The notes: generated by a model not told the origin, from the letters alone. Numbered from the stretch's first letter, positions 14,211-27,386 are shown. The stretch: 64,000 nt of DNA from Octopus sinensis (GCF_006345805.1 NC_043012.1:51150001-51214000); one strand, 5' to 3'. Numbers and translations are program-made.

Positions 14211-15875
14211 ATATTAGTAGAGATAGAAGAAATGGCAGTAATCTTTCTTGTTACGCAGTAGTAGTAGCAGGGAATCGTTTATTGTACTCTACGTTAATAA
14301 ATTTTGTGTGAGATGTTTGCGATTCAATCCAAAATAAATAACCAGAGGGAAGATATAGCATCTTCTACAAGAATTTGTAATACAATACTATGTCTTTCAT
14401 CTTCGTTTATCAAGAAAAATTAATTTTGGGAATGTATACATCCTATAAAACCTCATGTTGCGCAATACAGAAGGAATTGAAGAAATCAGGATTTTTTTTC
14501 ACTTCAAAAGGTGTTTCAATATATGTTTGTAATTTTTCGTGTAAGCCATTATTTGGAACTGTTTGTAGCAGTCTGCAATGTTTAAATACTTAGTGTGTAT
14601 TGCTCTTTTCGAACCCAAGAGATGATGAAATTCTATAGCAATTTTAATGACTTCATAGCACGAATCAAACTTAATTAGCGCCAATGTATATTTCTTTCAC
14701 TTGATGCTGCTAGAGAAAGAACACGCACATCTTCCTGTGCCACATTGCACTTTTTCGTAAATATGAATGTAGCTAAACGAGTAAAGTATTATAGATACAC
14801 ATACGTGAATATATGTATGTGTGTATGTATGTATGTATGTATGTATATGAAGAGAGGAAAAGAGTGTGTGAGAGAGAAACACGTACAATCAATCCTATCC
14901 AGTACAAAATACACTGATTTCAAGAATTTTTCTTTTCATAAACATTTTCTCTCTGGGATAGGCATTAGATGTTTCCTGTATTAAATATTCCAGTATTGCT
15001 TAAACAACTATATGACGTGTATACTATTATAAGACACCCACTCACACACAGAAGCCCGCACATACAGACACATTTACACACAACTTAGACTCCAATCTTT
15101 CCAATATTTACTTTACCTGAATCGTGACAAGGGCAAATTATTTTAGACTGAAACATTGTCAATTATATGAACCGGTAGTTGTTTAGTAGTGTTTATTATC
15201 GATATATCTGTTATGATGAGGGTTGCCGACTCCTGTGGAGTGCGAGATCTTCAACATTGTGAGATAAATGTAAATAGCATCCACAATTTACTAAATATTT
15301 TATTATTTTCTGATGCAAAATTATGTGGAACATTACAAAAATCCTTTTCTTATATGGAATGTTTGTTAAATTTGCAAATAGTTGGATCTTACGATCAACT
15401 AAGTCCATTTTTAGGTATTAAGAAGCGTGGAATTCTAATATTCCAATTGTTTTGATAGTAAACATATCTTCTTTAATGGTTTGTTTAATTTCGTTTTAGA
15501 ATATCAACTAAAAGCCTGACGCACGAGTGGTAGAATGTTTAGAGCAGAAAATGTTCAGACTCTGTATTAAGTTCTTAACTGCCCATTTCCAACTTTTTTG
15601 TTATCCCGCGGAACTCGATAACTAAAGTACCATCTCAAGAACATTATTTGATTCGCATCTCTCTGTCATTGTGCGTGCAGGCGATTTCTTGAAATCGGTT
15701 ACACAATATGGACGAATCAGTAGCAAAATCTTATCATTCGAATGCTGTAAAACATTATCCGAACAACCAAGCTACGTTAGCGATCAACGGAAATTGATGT
15801 TTCCTTTTTTACATTATAAAGCGATTTTTTAGCAAATTGAAAATAACATAACGATGTCATATAAAAATAACATTA

Positions 15876-16342
15876 CTCTTTTTACTCTTTTGCTTGTTTC
15901 AGTCATTTGACTGCAGCCATGCTGGAGCACCGCTTTTAGTCGAGCAAATCGACTCCAGGACTTATTCTTTGTAAGCCCATTACTTATTCTATCGGTCTCT
16001 TTTGCCGAACCGCTAATTTCCGAGGATGTAAACACACCAGAATTGGTTGTCGAGCAATGCTAGGGGAACAAACGCACACACACAATCATACACACACATA
16101 TATATAAATATATACGACGGGCTTCTCTGAGTTTCAGTCTAGCAAATCCACTCACAAGGCCTCGGTCGGCCCGAGGCTATAGGAGAAGACACTTGCCCAA
16201 GAAGCCACGAAATATATTTGTGTGTGTGTGTGTGTGTTTTAGTTTTATTTAAGTTCTTAAGAGATTTCAGCCAGTTACTTACAAAACAAGAAGATATCTT
16301 GAGTTCATAGTGTGTTGTAAATATATTTTGAGAGTGTTTGTA
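15876..16342 (-). mobile_element. Chimeric family A SINE: tRNA head replaced by a 133-bp foreign segment
   Basis: A body stops within the CORE-like part (about 16209) and continues into a segment also found at 37319-37452. Confidence 0.8.
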
Positions 16343-16539
16343 GATATGGGTTGAACTGCTGAGTTGGTTGAACTGTCGATCCACGCCAAAGAATATGCAT
16401 TTAAACTTCTAATGAATTTGAAATGGAGAATCTTTGGAATGATCTAAAACTTTTCACTATGCTGCAAATAAATTAAATCTGAAGATGCGTGTCCGAAAAC
16501 CTTAGAATATTTCTTCGAAAGACTTAGTATATTTAAGTT

Positions 16540-17010
16540 TTTGCGTACACTTTTAGGCACATACAGTAATGCAACGATGATCATAGATTAAAAGGGAGAT
16601 TTATAGTCTGTGTACAAAACCTGTATGTCCCGCCATAGCTGTTCCCTTTTCGAGGGCTTTTGATGGGGCATTTGTATCCACTGCACCGCTGTACAATATT
16701 AGATTTTATATTTGCATCAATTTGCTGTTTTTTTGGAGTGTTCCACCAATCAGTATTACTCGCTTTTTAAGCTATGAGTACATACTGGTTCTGACATACA
16801 TTTTCCGTACACCTCAGAGTAATTCTTCCTACAAAAATTATTGAAATTAGTCTTTGCAACTAAATCATACCTCAGTGGGAGGTAGTATTTTGCAGGCATT
16901 TTGGGGCAGCTGCTGATGTTGTAGGTAATATATTTCATACTGCAACAGCGTAGTCGAAATTTTCCATAACAACGTGGTGGTTTGTGGGTATCTTTGTCTC
17001 TTTTATTTAT
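16540..17010 (-). mobile_element. Degenerate RLE-type LINE 3' fragment
   Basis: Minus translation KFRLRC...ITYNISSCPKMPAKYYLPLRYDLVAK...YWWNTP...LWRDIQVLYTDYK...IIVALLYVPK, a decayed Zn knuckle/RHD/RLE layout. Confidence 0.7.
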
Positions 17011-17038
17011 CAAACGTATTCACGTTGACGTGAGCTTC

Positions 17039-17420
17039 TGTAATCTTAGACCTTGAGGAAGCTGTCCCTTGGACAATACGTGCCTGCAAAAATAACTAGT
17101 GTACAAAGGGAACATAACAGTTTTGAACGGAATAACTATAAAGTATATTGGAATGACGAGAAATACCTTAAAAAGTAATACACAGTATTTGGCATCACTC
17201 AGAAATGAAAACAAAAGACAGATAAAATCTTTATGAAACATAGTACAGATACATAAGGAGAGAGGCGCCAGCAACTCCTAGACAATCTGGAGCATTATAT
17301 TTACCGAAGGCTAAATATCATACCATCAGCGTTTTAAAAATTGGGGGTGAAACGTTATTGTACTACGTGAATAAGCAACAATTCACGCTTCGAAATTTCA
17401 AGCATGAATTTCTATCTACC
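17039..17420 (+). mobile_element. Degenerate Penelope-like GIY-YIG endonuclease fragment
   Basis: Translation CNLRP*GSCPLDNTCLQK*LVYKGNITVLNGITIKYIGMTRNTLKS; homologous to the PLE at 24650-24800. Confidence 0.75.
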
Positions 17421-17791
17421 TTATCGCTCCTCCAGCCTAGATAAAGATTTCTTTGAACATAAAATATATATTCGATATATGAACATGATGCATGAAAGAC
17501 ACATGCTCCGGTGAACGTAAACTGAAAACACTCGTTACAAACACATGTGCTTTACAAATATTCATGGCATCATGTTATATGCACACATTTCTGAAGGCGC
17601 ACTCCGTGAAATTACCCTCCTATGGGCTAGGTTTTTGGGGAAAATTATGTGCAAATCCACAGTTATCTGCGCATAGTCAAACACGAACAAAATGCATAAT
17701 GCAGATATGTGTGTCTTTGTGTATGTGTGTGTGTGTGTGTGTGTGTGGGTGCGTGTCTTTCTGTGTCTGTGTGTGTGAGCGCCGGCACATA

Positions 17792-18200
17792 TTCTTATTT
17801 CTTTACTACCCACAAGGGGCTAAACACAGAGGAGACAAACAAGGACAGACAAACGGATTAATTCGATTATATCGACTCCAGTGCGTAACTGGTACTTATT
17901 TAATTGACCCCGAAAAGATGGAAGGCAATGTCGACCTCGGTGGAATTTGAACTCAGAACGTAACGGCAGACGAAATACCTATTTCTTTACTACCCACAAG
18001 GGCTAAACACAGAGGGGGACACACAAGGACAGACAAACGGATTAAGTCGATTATATTGACCCCAGTGCGTAACTGGTACTTATCTAATAGACCCCGAAAG
18101 GATGAAAGGCAAAGTCCACCTCGGTGGAATTTTAACTCAGAACGTAACGGCAGACGAAATACCGCTAAGCATTTAGTCCGGCGTTCTATCGTTTCTGCAC
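17792..18200 (-). mobile_element. SINE family B, tandem dimer
   Basis: One head plus two ~190-bp body units joined at gacgaaata|cctatttc. Confidence 0.9.
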
Positions 18201-18519
18201 ATATTCTGCATGGATATTCTGCTCCTGTACATATGAGGGTGCATTCATATACATTTAAACGAAACCAAAACTATTCGAAGGGACATAGAGGCTAGAACTT
18301 GTTTCCCCTGATTTGTACATTTATTTCTTTACTCCAAAAATCCACTCATTCTCGTGTAATTTCATTGTAGTCTCATCCAAAATGGAGACATGCTAATGTT
18401 CCAATGCGGCAGGCTTGGCAATTACTGACTATTCACGGTATGAAACCAATCATAGCTTTGTTAACCCCAAAATAACAACGCTATGCGCACGCACACATAC
18501 ATACACACACACACAAGTC

Positions 18520-18720
18520 AATATTTATCCCCTACCACCGTTTGGTAGCCGGTGCTGATGTTCTCATCTTCCCGTAACGTAGCGGTTCGGCAAAAGAGAC
18601 TGATAGAATACGTACACGCTTACAATAGCACTGCGGTAGATTCGTTCAACTAAAAATTCTTGAAGACCGTACCATAGCATGGCCGCAGTCTAATGACTGA
18701 AACAATTAAAGATAAAATGA
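18520..18720 (+). mobile_element. 3' half of a diverged family A SINE
   Basis: cccgtaacgtagcggttcggcaaaagagac...gcatggccgcagtctaatgactgaaac. Confidence 0.8.
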
Positions 18721-18730
18721 TATACATATA

Positions 18731-19033
18731 TCCCCGTGATCGACCAGGCTATCAGATGTTGCTACACATCGCTGGACACAATGCGTTTCGCATTGTTCTA
18801 ACCTTCAAATGACGCCACCCCGCTGGCTAAGTGAGCTAGCCAACAGAAGAAATAGTGAGAGAAAGTTGTGGTGAAAGAGTATAGCAGGGATCGCTACGAC
18901 CCCCTGCCGGAGGTTCGTGGAGCCGTATGTGTTTTTGTTCAATAAACTCTCACAACGACCGGTCTGGGAATCGAAACCGCGATCCTACGACTGCGAGTTC
19001 GCTGCCCCAACCACTAGACCATTGCGCCTCGAC
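18731..19033 (-). mobile_element. SINE family C head with a second tail type
   Basis: Head and body match 19741-20120 as far as gtgagagaaagttgtggtgaaagag; the tail (tccccgtgatcgaccaggctatcag...) is unrelated. Confidence 0.85.
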
Positions 19034-19041
19034 TTATAGAA

Positions 19042-19084
<43 letters not shown>

Positions 19085-19085
19085 T

Positions 19086-19116
<31 letters not shown>

Positions 19117-19138
19117 CATATACATACATATATATATT

Positions 19139-19184
<46 letters not shown>

Positions 19185-19740
19185 GGTGGGGTTAACACAT
19201 CTAGCATTGATCTCGAATGGGTGACTCACATAACAACTGCTTCAGGAGCACCCGCCGGTCCACATGTGTCTCATCGTGTGATAAATAAATACAACTCGTT
19301 AAAATAACAGTTCCGCAATGTATCTTCCCATTTCGTAGAGACAAATGCAGCAAAATAAAGGAAATATCTTCATTTATATAGAAGATCAAATCTAAAATCA
19401 CAGATGCAAAATGAGAACCGAATACGCAAGCGAAAAATCTATGAACATATATGGGCGAATTGGTATGCCTGTGTGTGTGCATGTATGGTTTAAATTTTAC
19501 ACATTGCGAAATCTATGCAATTGTAACATGAAATCAGATCATATCTGTATAGTACTAATTGTTTATAATATATAATCGTATTCTGTATACTAATCCACCG
19601 TATTCTATGTACAAGAATACGATTAGAATGACTGGATATATCTTATGCGTGAAATAGATAAAATACCATCATATTAAATCTGAGTGTCCCAGATTTCAAC
19701 AAAATGCTACCAAATATCTGCAATATGGAAGCACTGGGAA

Positions 19741-20120
19741 GCACTCCGTCGGTTACGACGATCAGGGTTCCGGTTGATCAGAATCAACGGAACAGCCTGC
19801 TCGTGAAATTAACGTGTAAGTGGCTGAGCAATCCACAGACACGTGTACCCTTAACGTAGTTCTCGGGGATATTCAGCGTGACACAGAGAGTGACAAGGCC
19901 GGCCCTTTGAAATACAGGTACAACAGAAACAGGAAGTAAGAGTGAGAGAAAGTTGTGGTGAAAGAGTACTGCAGGGATCACCACCATCCCCTGCCGGAGC
20001 CTCGTGGAGCTTTAGGTGTTTTCGCTCAATAAACACTCACAACGCCCGGTCTGAGAATCGAAACCGCGATCATATGACCGCGAGTCCGCTGCCCTAACCA
20101 CTGGGCCATTGCGCCTCCAC
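19741..20120 (-). mobile_element. tRNA-derived SINE family C, full length
   Basis: Minus strand gtggaggcgcaatggcccagtggttagggcagcggactcgcgg...ggtttcgattc (A and B boxes) through to the tail cgtcgtaaccgacggagtgc. Confidence 0.9.
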
Positions 20121-22849
20121 ACCTGCAATATGCTTATTGTGTAAGTCGCATGCGTAGCGACAGAACTTTTTTATATATGGGTGTATGTGTATGTGAATGC
20201 GAGTGTTTGCGTATTTGAAAATGTGTTTATATATGTATATATATATAATTGTGCAGGTTTTTTACATACTGGGTGAAGCGCTACAAAAGTGCATTAGAGT
20301 CAGAAGATCCTACTTTGAAGGAGCTTAGCGTTCTGTAGTGACTGTTGTTCCCCAGAAAGTCTTTCCTCATACGTTGTGATAGGAAGATGATCTGTATAGT
20401 TTGACTGATACTGATACATGCCTTGCTGACATGCTTAGAGTTTCTGTTTGATGGTGAGACATTTGGCATTTCTTACTACTTAGTCCACTCCAGTCACAAA
20501 CAAAAAGCAAAACTAATACTACGTTATCAGATATAATGCAATTTCTAAGCAACAGTTTGTCGCTTTTTCTTGGGGATTCTAAAATCTTTTTATGGGCAAG
20601 CGTCTGTAGGAATGTTGATTTGTCTTTGCAGAAGCGGTTTAATTCATCGCAGAACGAAGTAAATTTTGACAAAAGTATAGAGGTGTAAGCGTTTGAAAGT
20701 GTAGTTCCATTGTAGTTCTGAAGGAAATGAAACACACCATTTTTCAGATGTGGAATAACTGATGTCTTGGAAGATTATTTCGGTTCTCATGAGAATAAAT
20801 TAGCGTACCACATGAATTGTGCCTAAAAAGTATATCAATTTGTAATGGAGATTTTGAATTAATAGACCTTAGATAGACCTCAAATCTACCACATGAAAAT
20901 TATCTAGAAATACCATACTAATTCAAATATCTTCTTTCGATATTTGTGTGTAATCTAGCTTGAAACCGGATGCTATCTGAAAACCGCTGGAAGAAATATA
21001 TACCAAATATACTAGTTTGTATCATATTTTTAGTGACATATCAATAAATTTAAGGTAGTCAGATCAAAACGGATGGAAAATATTATCAAATGGATTCTAA
21101 CTGTAACATTATGAAAAATATCCTTCCACTATTTTTAATATGGTAAAGTGTAAATTGAAGAATATTTGGTTGAAATTTCTAATTGGAAAAGCAAATGCTT
21201 TGATGCACCGGCATTGACTCGAATTATCAACTGTCTACTTGGTAAAACAAATTAATGCAGTCGTTATCCACTGTAAATTACACCAATTACCTCCGTATTT
21301 CTTCATGAACATTACTATCAAATATATCAAACACAATACCTCAAATAAATTTGATATATCAGATACATATAGTATACCAAACACAAATAGAATATCAACT
21401 ACATTTAATATATCAAACAGATATCCTATTATCTTATATTTGTGATGTGATGAATCAAAATTTACTCCAATAATATCCTCATTGCAACTGAATGACATGT
21501 GATATTTACAATGACGAAGAAGTGCATATGCCGTTCACATGTTTTTGAAACTAGTCACTCGTTGCTTTACGTGCGATTTTGTGTGATCTACCTGACCTGA
21601 AACTCGTAAGTTTTTCAGGTGGTCATTTATGTCTCAGGTTGATCTAACTTTTGCTTCTTGCAACTGTAGAATTCCATGCAAAACTGTATAATCTGTAAGC
21701 GATTTCAGTCAAGATATTTTGCTTAATGTTATTTTATTGCAAGGCCTGAGAAGCCATCATTTGTACTGCATCACACTGGTACAACAAAACCTGGTTAGGG
21801 GCTAAGGGATTAAGGGGCTACTAAGCATGGATTGGGCCAGGTACCCTAATAGAACGCCACAAATAAATACATTGTCATAAAAATAAAATGTTTCTTTATC
21901 TTGATTAATTAGCCATGTAATCTTAACAGTTACAATGACATCAGGCTACAATAAAACAACTCCATTAGAAGTGTTTTATGCAAATTAATTTTCAACAATG
22001 CGGCAAAGCAATGATACACACGAAACCTTAAAATATTTTACTTTATATTAAAAGAAATAAAAATATATATATAGGACACGTATTGGCTTAATCCTATCAT
22101 TTGAATTGCACTTATTCTAAAACAGCGAAATTGAACTAACAAGAATTTCTAACGTGAGGCAAATCGACGATATGTAGAAAGAATAAAAATCAATGTTTAC
22201 GTGAAAATGTGTTTCAAGTTATTCGATAAGAATTACTATTAATTTGACACTAAGAATACCTTAACAGCAAAGAAACGAATCAAAAGTATCCAAGAAATAT
22301 CTTTGACAACTGTCGTCGCTCTTTATATTTTGAGTATCACGTCAAACCTTTGATAAAAAACATTCTAGTTTTACACAACACATAATTGCATATAAGTGAA
22401 TAAATTTCAGAAAATACAGTTCCTTTATTATCTGTTAGAGTGTTATTTACGGAATAGTTTGAACAAATCAACTACTGCATTGGGTGCCTAAAGATCGCTT
22501 CATGTTGAATATCTCTATACACCAAATATCATAATTTTCATCTAGATATTTCGTCGTACGGCTAACGCAACTATTCGTTTCTACTTATTGCGTATACCAC
22601 AAATGCCCACCTACAGTTTACTGTGAAGTTTTGTTTTTATAAACGAAGTAGATTCTATGCACCACATAAATGAAACATCGTTTGCAATTTCAGGATCTAA
22701 TTCAGAAAAAAAAACCATTTATTCAAGAGGATCATTTTCATAGCCTGAAGAAGAAAAAAGAAAATAATGTAAGAATAATAGAAGCAGATACACAGCTTCA
22801 TGCAAATTGTGTGGTTTAAAATCCCCACCCTTTTGTCACATATGGATAT

Positions 22850-22864
22850 ATATAAATATATATA

Positions 22865-22929
<65 letters not shown>

Positions 22930-22944
22930 TATATATATATATGA

Positions 22945-23001
<57 letters not shown>

Positions 23002-23010
23002 ATATATATT
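22850..23010. repeat. (TA)n/(CA)n compound microsatellite
   Basis: Direct reading. Confidence 0.9.
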
Positions 23011-23460
23011 CGTATGTGGAAAATCAGTGTCTTTGTGGCGTTGTTATCTAACTCCTCCTGCATAGTTGTATTGATTTTGATGAAACCTGACGCGTCAGCA
23101 GAGCTATTGTCTGGAAACCTAGTGGCATACTTAAAATGTTGAAAAAATCGAAGATACGGCCCATGGAAGGAACATTTTTATCTACCTCATATAAGTAATT
23201 TTTTTAAACATCCATGACAGCAAATAATTTTTTTATTGCACAACGTATTTGTAGTGACTTCATGCAGGCATAGAGTGGATTCGATCTTCGACTGCCAAAT
23301 TTAACTTAACACTTCAGCGGCGATTTCCCACGGTAAAACAAAAGTCTCCGAAACTCTTTCTCCTCAACCTCCGAAAACCTGTCCCCCCACCAGCTGACAG
23401 TTGCTTGTACTTTTCCGGGACGGAAAATAAACATTTTGTGGCAAATATATATATATATAT

Positions 23461-25086
23461 AGAAAGGAAGGCGAAATCACGAATTACGTAAATAAATTAT
23501 CAAATCATCCCCCAAATATAATTGAATCTTTAGTAAGAAATATTTCATTAATAATTTCAAAATTATCATCCAATAAGGATGTATTTAACTCCCATTCTGA
23601 GCATTATAATGCGGCGTTAACTAAGGCTGGATACAACCAAAAGATTACATTCGTTGATAAGGAGAACTCACGTATTCCTAATAAGGAAGTTATCAGTAAT
23701 CACGTAAGCAGCAATACAGACCAAGCCCGAAATAAAAGTAGAATTAAATTTACGGTAAACGCTAATCTAACGTACAGGCCCAAAAATTCAAATAGAAGCA
23801 TTGCCCAGAACATAGGTAACTCGGATAATATCGAAGTAGATAAACCAAAGATGCACACAAATAAAAATAAAAATAATGGTAATAAATACAATAGCTCCGG
23901 TGAGATGAATAGTAATAATTCTACGAACCCTAAATTTAATAAAAAAGATATAATATGGCTGAATATTCCTTTCAACTGTGCGATACAATCGGATATACAG
24001 AACAAATTCAAAGTAATTCTGGAAAAAAATTTCCCAATCTCTCATAGATATCATAGAATTATTTCTAGGAAAACAGTTAGGATTTCTTATTCAACCCTCC
24101 CAAATATGTCCACTTTAATAGCTAAGATTAATAATAACAACATTAAACTAGCCAGGAAAAATAGAAATAAAAATAATAATATCAGCATGAATACCAATAG
24201 CAATTATAATAATACTACCAACAATAAAAACAGCAATAGTAACTATCAAAACATGGGTGAAATTAGTTACCACAGAATGACTAATAACATTAACATTAAT
24301 AGTAATAATAACAATACCGATATTAATAGAAGTAATAATGTTAATAATAGAAATAATAGAAATAAGGCTAATGGAGAAAATAAGGAGAATGAAAATATAA
24401 GTGATATCTATAACAACAATATGCAGTCGGATAAAAAGACTAACAATAATAGTAACATTACCAATAATATAAGAAATCATGGTAGGACTTTAGACCTAAA
24501 AGATGAAACAGAAGGATCAATATAATAGCAATACTTTAGATATCAGCACCAACTATAGAAATATTAATAACAATAAGGACAATTATACTCATGATAATCA
24601 AAATAATAGGAACCTAAGACATCTACCCAAGAATAATCCAAAACCTGAAGTTGTTCCTCCTGTGTGTAAGTGTAGAATAAAATCAAAATGCCCGGCACCT
24701 GGTCTATGCGGGGAAAATAATGTAATCTATAAATGTACCATATCCACGGAGAATAACAAATATCTTTACATTGGATGTACAATTAATTTTCTAGCCAGAG
24801 TTAGAAATCACATCTCGTCTTTTAAATTACGTCATAAAGCTGGTACCACCACACTTTCAAACAAAATCTGGGAACTCAAAAATAATAATAATAATTATAA
24901 CCTTAATTGGGAAATAGTTAGGAGAGCAATTCCGTATAAAATAGCAGGGTTGGTTGCCAACTATGCTCCATAGAGACGTATGAAATTCTAAAGCATAGAA
25001 AACATAGAAACTTATTGAATAACCATATCGAACTAGGTCAAGTTTGTGTCCACGCTAAATTGAAGACTTTAAAATATTTTAAATGA
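23461..25086 (+). pseudogene. PLE RT-thumb/linker/GIY-YIG coding relic with two frameshifts
   Basis: Frame is open 23461-24525, shifts near 24510 into the 24503-24973 ORF, and shifts again near 24950 into GCQLCSIETYEIL...CVHAKLKTLKYFK*. Confidence 0.85.
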
Positions 25087-25819
25087 TTAGAATATTCGTA
25101 ACTAGATAGATAGATAGATATAACTTGATTTTTGCTAGTATAGCACTGCTTTAAGTAGATAACTAAGAGTTCTCACACTACAGTTACCTTTTTCCTTATA
25201 TCTGCATCAGTTTTTTGAGAGCAGGGAAATGAATAGTACTTATACGCTGCTTAATTGAGGCTTTATTTAATTTCAAACTCATAATTTTAAATCTTAATTG
25301 TAATTTTAAATTTTAATTCTTAACTTAATCTAATTTAAGTAGCATAACTTTAATAAAATAAAATGAGTTACTAAAGCCCCATAATTCTATTTCAAAATTA
25401 AATAAATAAGGCTACTCCCTCGGTGATAATATGATTATCTTCATTATGATAGACAATTCCCTAACACCTTGTAAATGATCTTCTAAGATTTGACCTGTAG
25501 TCCGTCAATGTATGAATAATAACGGCAACTCCTTAAGACAGTAAAATGAATAAATTAAATAAATAAATTTTAATGACTTTTTGATAAGATTATACTTAGA
25601 TTTTCCTAATGTATTTTCTTTTGATTTTAGCCTTTGACCCCTAAACCCGTAAAACCCCTGACCGTGTTATCTCTTTAGATTCTCTTTAAATTCATAGCTG
25701 CTTTCGACAGCAATAAATTAGCTGTTTTACTGGTCAAAGAATAATATTCTCCTCTAGTTCCTAGATGCCTGTAAATTAAAACCAGACTTGCCGTCTACTA
25801 ATTCTTCTGTATAACTAGA

Positions 25820-26020
25820 ACCCTCTTTTTTTCTTTTTCTCTTTTTTTCCTTCTTTCCCTATTTCTTTCTCTTTTCTCTTTTTTCTTTTTCTTCTTCTTA
25901 TTCTCTTTTCTTTTTTTCTTTTTCCTTTTCTCTTCTCTTCTAGCCCCCCCCCCCTTTTGCTCCCTCCCCCTTTATTTTCTCTCTTTCCTTCTCTTTCCTT
26001 CCCTTTTCTGTTCTTTGCAT
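25820..26020. repeat. Polypyrimidine low-complexity tract in the PLE 3' UTR
   Basis: Direct reading. Confidence 0.85.
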
Positions 26021-26553
26021 CTCTAGAAAGCCCTTCAGCCTTTAAAAGTTAAATAGCTACAGTCTCTTGAAAATAGCAGTAATGTGATTAATGTGGCAAA
26101 TACCTAATCATATAGCAAGAATTGATACCCACCTCATTGTGTTCAACCATTGATAAATTTATCGCTTGTGAATATGAAATTCCTCTTCATTTCTCTGGAA
26201 ATTTACATCTACACCATTAGAAATTGTGCATCTATACAAAGGATTAATTCACCCACTCGGTAATGCTAATAAGCAGGAATTGAAACCCACCTCGTTGTGA
26301 TTAGCAATGGATAAATTTGTCGTCTGTGAGTATGTAATCCCTCCTCATATCTCTGGAAATTCATACGTACACCATGGATTAAGTCACCTTCTCTGTGATG
26401 CTATTAAAACTTTTTTAAAATTCTGTGATAAGACTGTACATCATCTTTAAAGAACTTTAATGAACTTTGGAAATCTGTTTATGTTACTTAATTATCTACA
26501 TTACTTCATGAGTATAGCCTCAACCACTAGGATGTCTAGAGAACTCACATGTA

Positions 26554-26644
26554 TTTTAGCTGATGAGTACGGGACACGTTTATATGCTGCAATTTTTGCA
26601 ACTTTTAATGAAGCCTGTCCTTGTATGAAACGATTGTACTAAAA
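26554..26644 (+). ncRNA. Type I hammerhead ribozyme motif (minimal helix III)
   Basis: ttttag CTGATGA gtacgggaca..[39 nt]..tgtccttgtat GAAA c gatt g TA ctaaaa. Helix I ttttag/ctaaaa, intact core, GUA triplet. Confidence 0.8.
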
Positions 26645-26812
26645 ACCTATCCATTCTTGTTGCTTCTTTCTCGCTTAAAATCACCCCACATTACTGTATT
26701 GTTAAAACCGTATAGTTTGTTTTGGTGCATCTAAGTTAGGTACCATATTCAAGTAAATTCATTTAGATTAACTTGAATCTTTATTGCTTTTTGTATATAT
26801 ATATATATATAA

Positions 26813-27386
26813 TAATAAAAAGAATTCCAACCTTGTCTGATTTTCACGTTTTATTTACAATCTTATAATGATATATCATAAGATAATATATTATAATTGA
26901 ATAAAATAAAATGAAATAGTAGAATGTTAAATATTCATTCTGATTGAACTAGTACTTTCATGCATTGAATTCTGCAATCTTCGGGTTCATGTAGTAGTGT
27001 TGACAGTCATGCTTCACAATTTTTGACTGTAGCAAGATGATTGATTCTGTGCTATAAATACAGCTGGGTAGGCTCCAGAGTGCTAGGTTTTGCAAACTGT
27101 ATTCTGACCAATCAGTGTGTAGTATCACTCAATTACTTAAGCTGATTGGTTGGTTGAGCTGATTGGTTTAGGCATCACGCTTTGTTGGACATGTCAAGAG
27201 TCCTGTATCTTGACCCTGGCCGAAGCAGCAATTGTTGGGTTATTTTTAGAAATGTTGTAAATATCCTTTGTCAGAGATTTTTATATTTTTATATTTCAAT
27301 TGTCATCATCATCATTGTCAGCACCTTAATTATTGTTGCTAGTGGTGATGGTGGTGGCAATAGAACTTTTAACCCTAAATAAGATA
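26813..27386 (-). repeat. 3' pseudo-LTR (574 bp)
   Basis: Direct repeat of 31091-31664; no differences seen by eye, and the ORF track gives an identical 66-aa ORF in both copies. Confidence 0.95.
26945..26989 (-). ncRNA. Minimal type I hammerhead variant in the 3' pLTR (CCGAAGA core, palindromic helix III)
   Basis: Minus: tgaac CCGAAGA ttgca gaattcaa tgcat GAAA gtac TA gttca. Helix I tgaac/gttca; AGTACT palindrome. Confidence 0.65.

Larger units (their letters stand above)
23461..26793 (+). mobile_element. 5'-truncated Penelope-like element with CxCR-x4-CP-x4-C linker (possibly Nematis-like)
   Basis: Starts right after (TA)n with the RT thumb (YVNKLSNHPPNII...LSSNKDVF...YNAALTKAGY; IIWLNIPFN...VRISYSTLPN). 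Then CKCRIKSKCPAPGLC, GIY-YIG (VIYKC...YIGCT...NHISSF), a long 3' UTR, a hammerhead motif and (TA)n. Confidence 0.9.

Noticed and set aside
16475-16510. CTGAAGA...GAAA spacing
   Set aside because: Helix II cannot pair and there is no helix I or III.
19741-20120. tRNA-like sequences at SINE heads considered as tRNA genes
   Set aside because: They lack a complete cloverleaf and continue into SINE bodies.
21795-21840. G-rich ttagggg/taaggg stretch as telomeric repeat or G-quadruplex
   Set aside because: Only three irregular units, and the loop to the fourth G-run is long.
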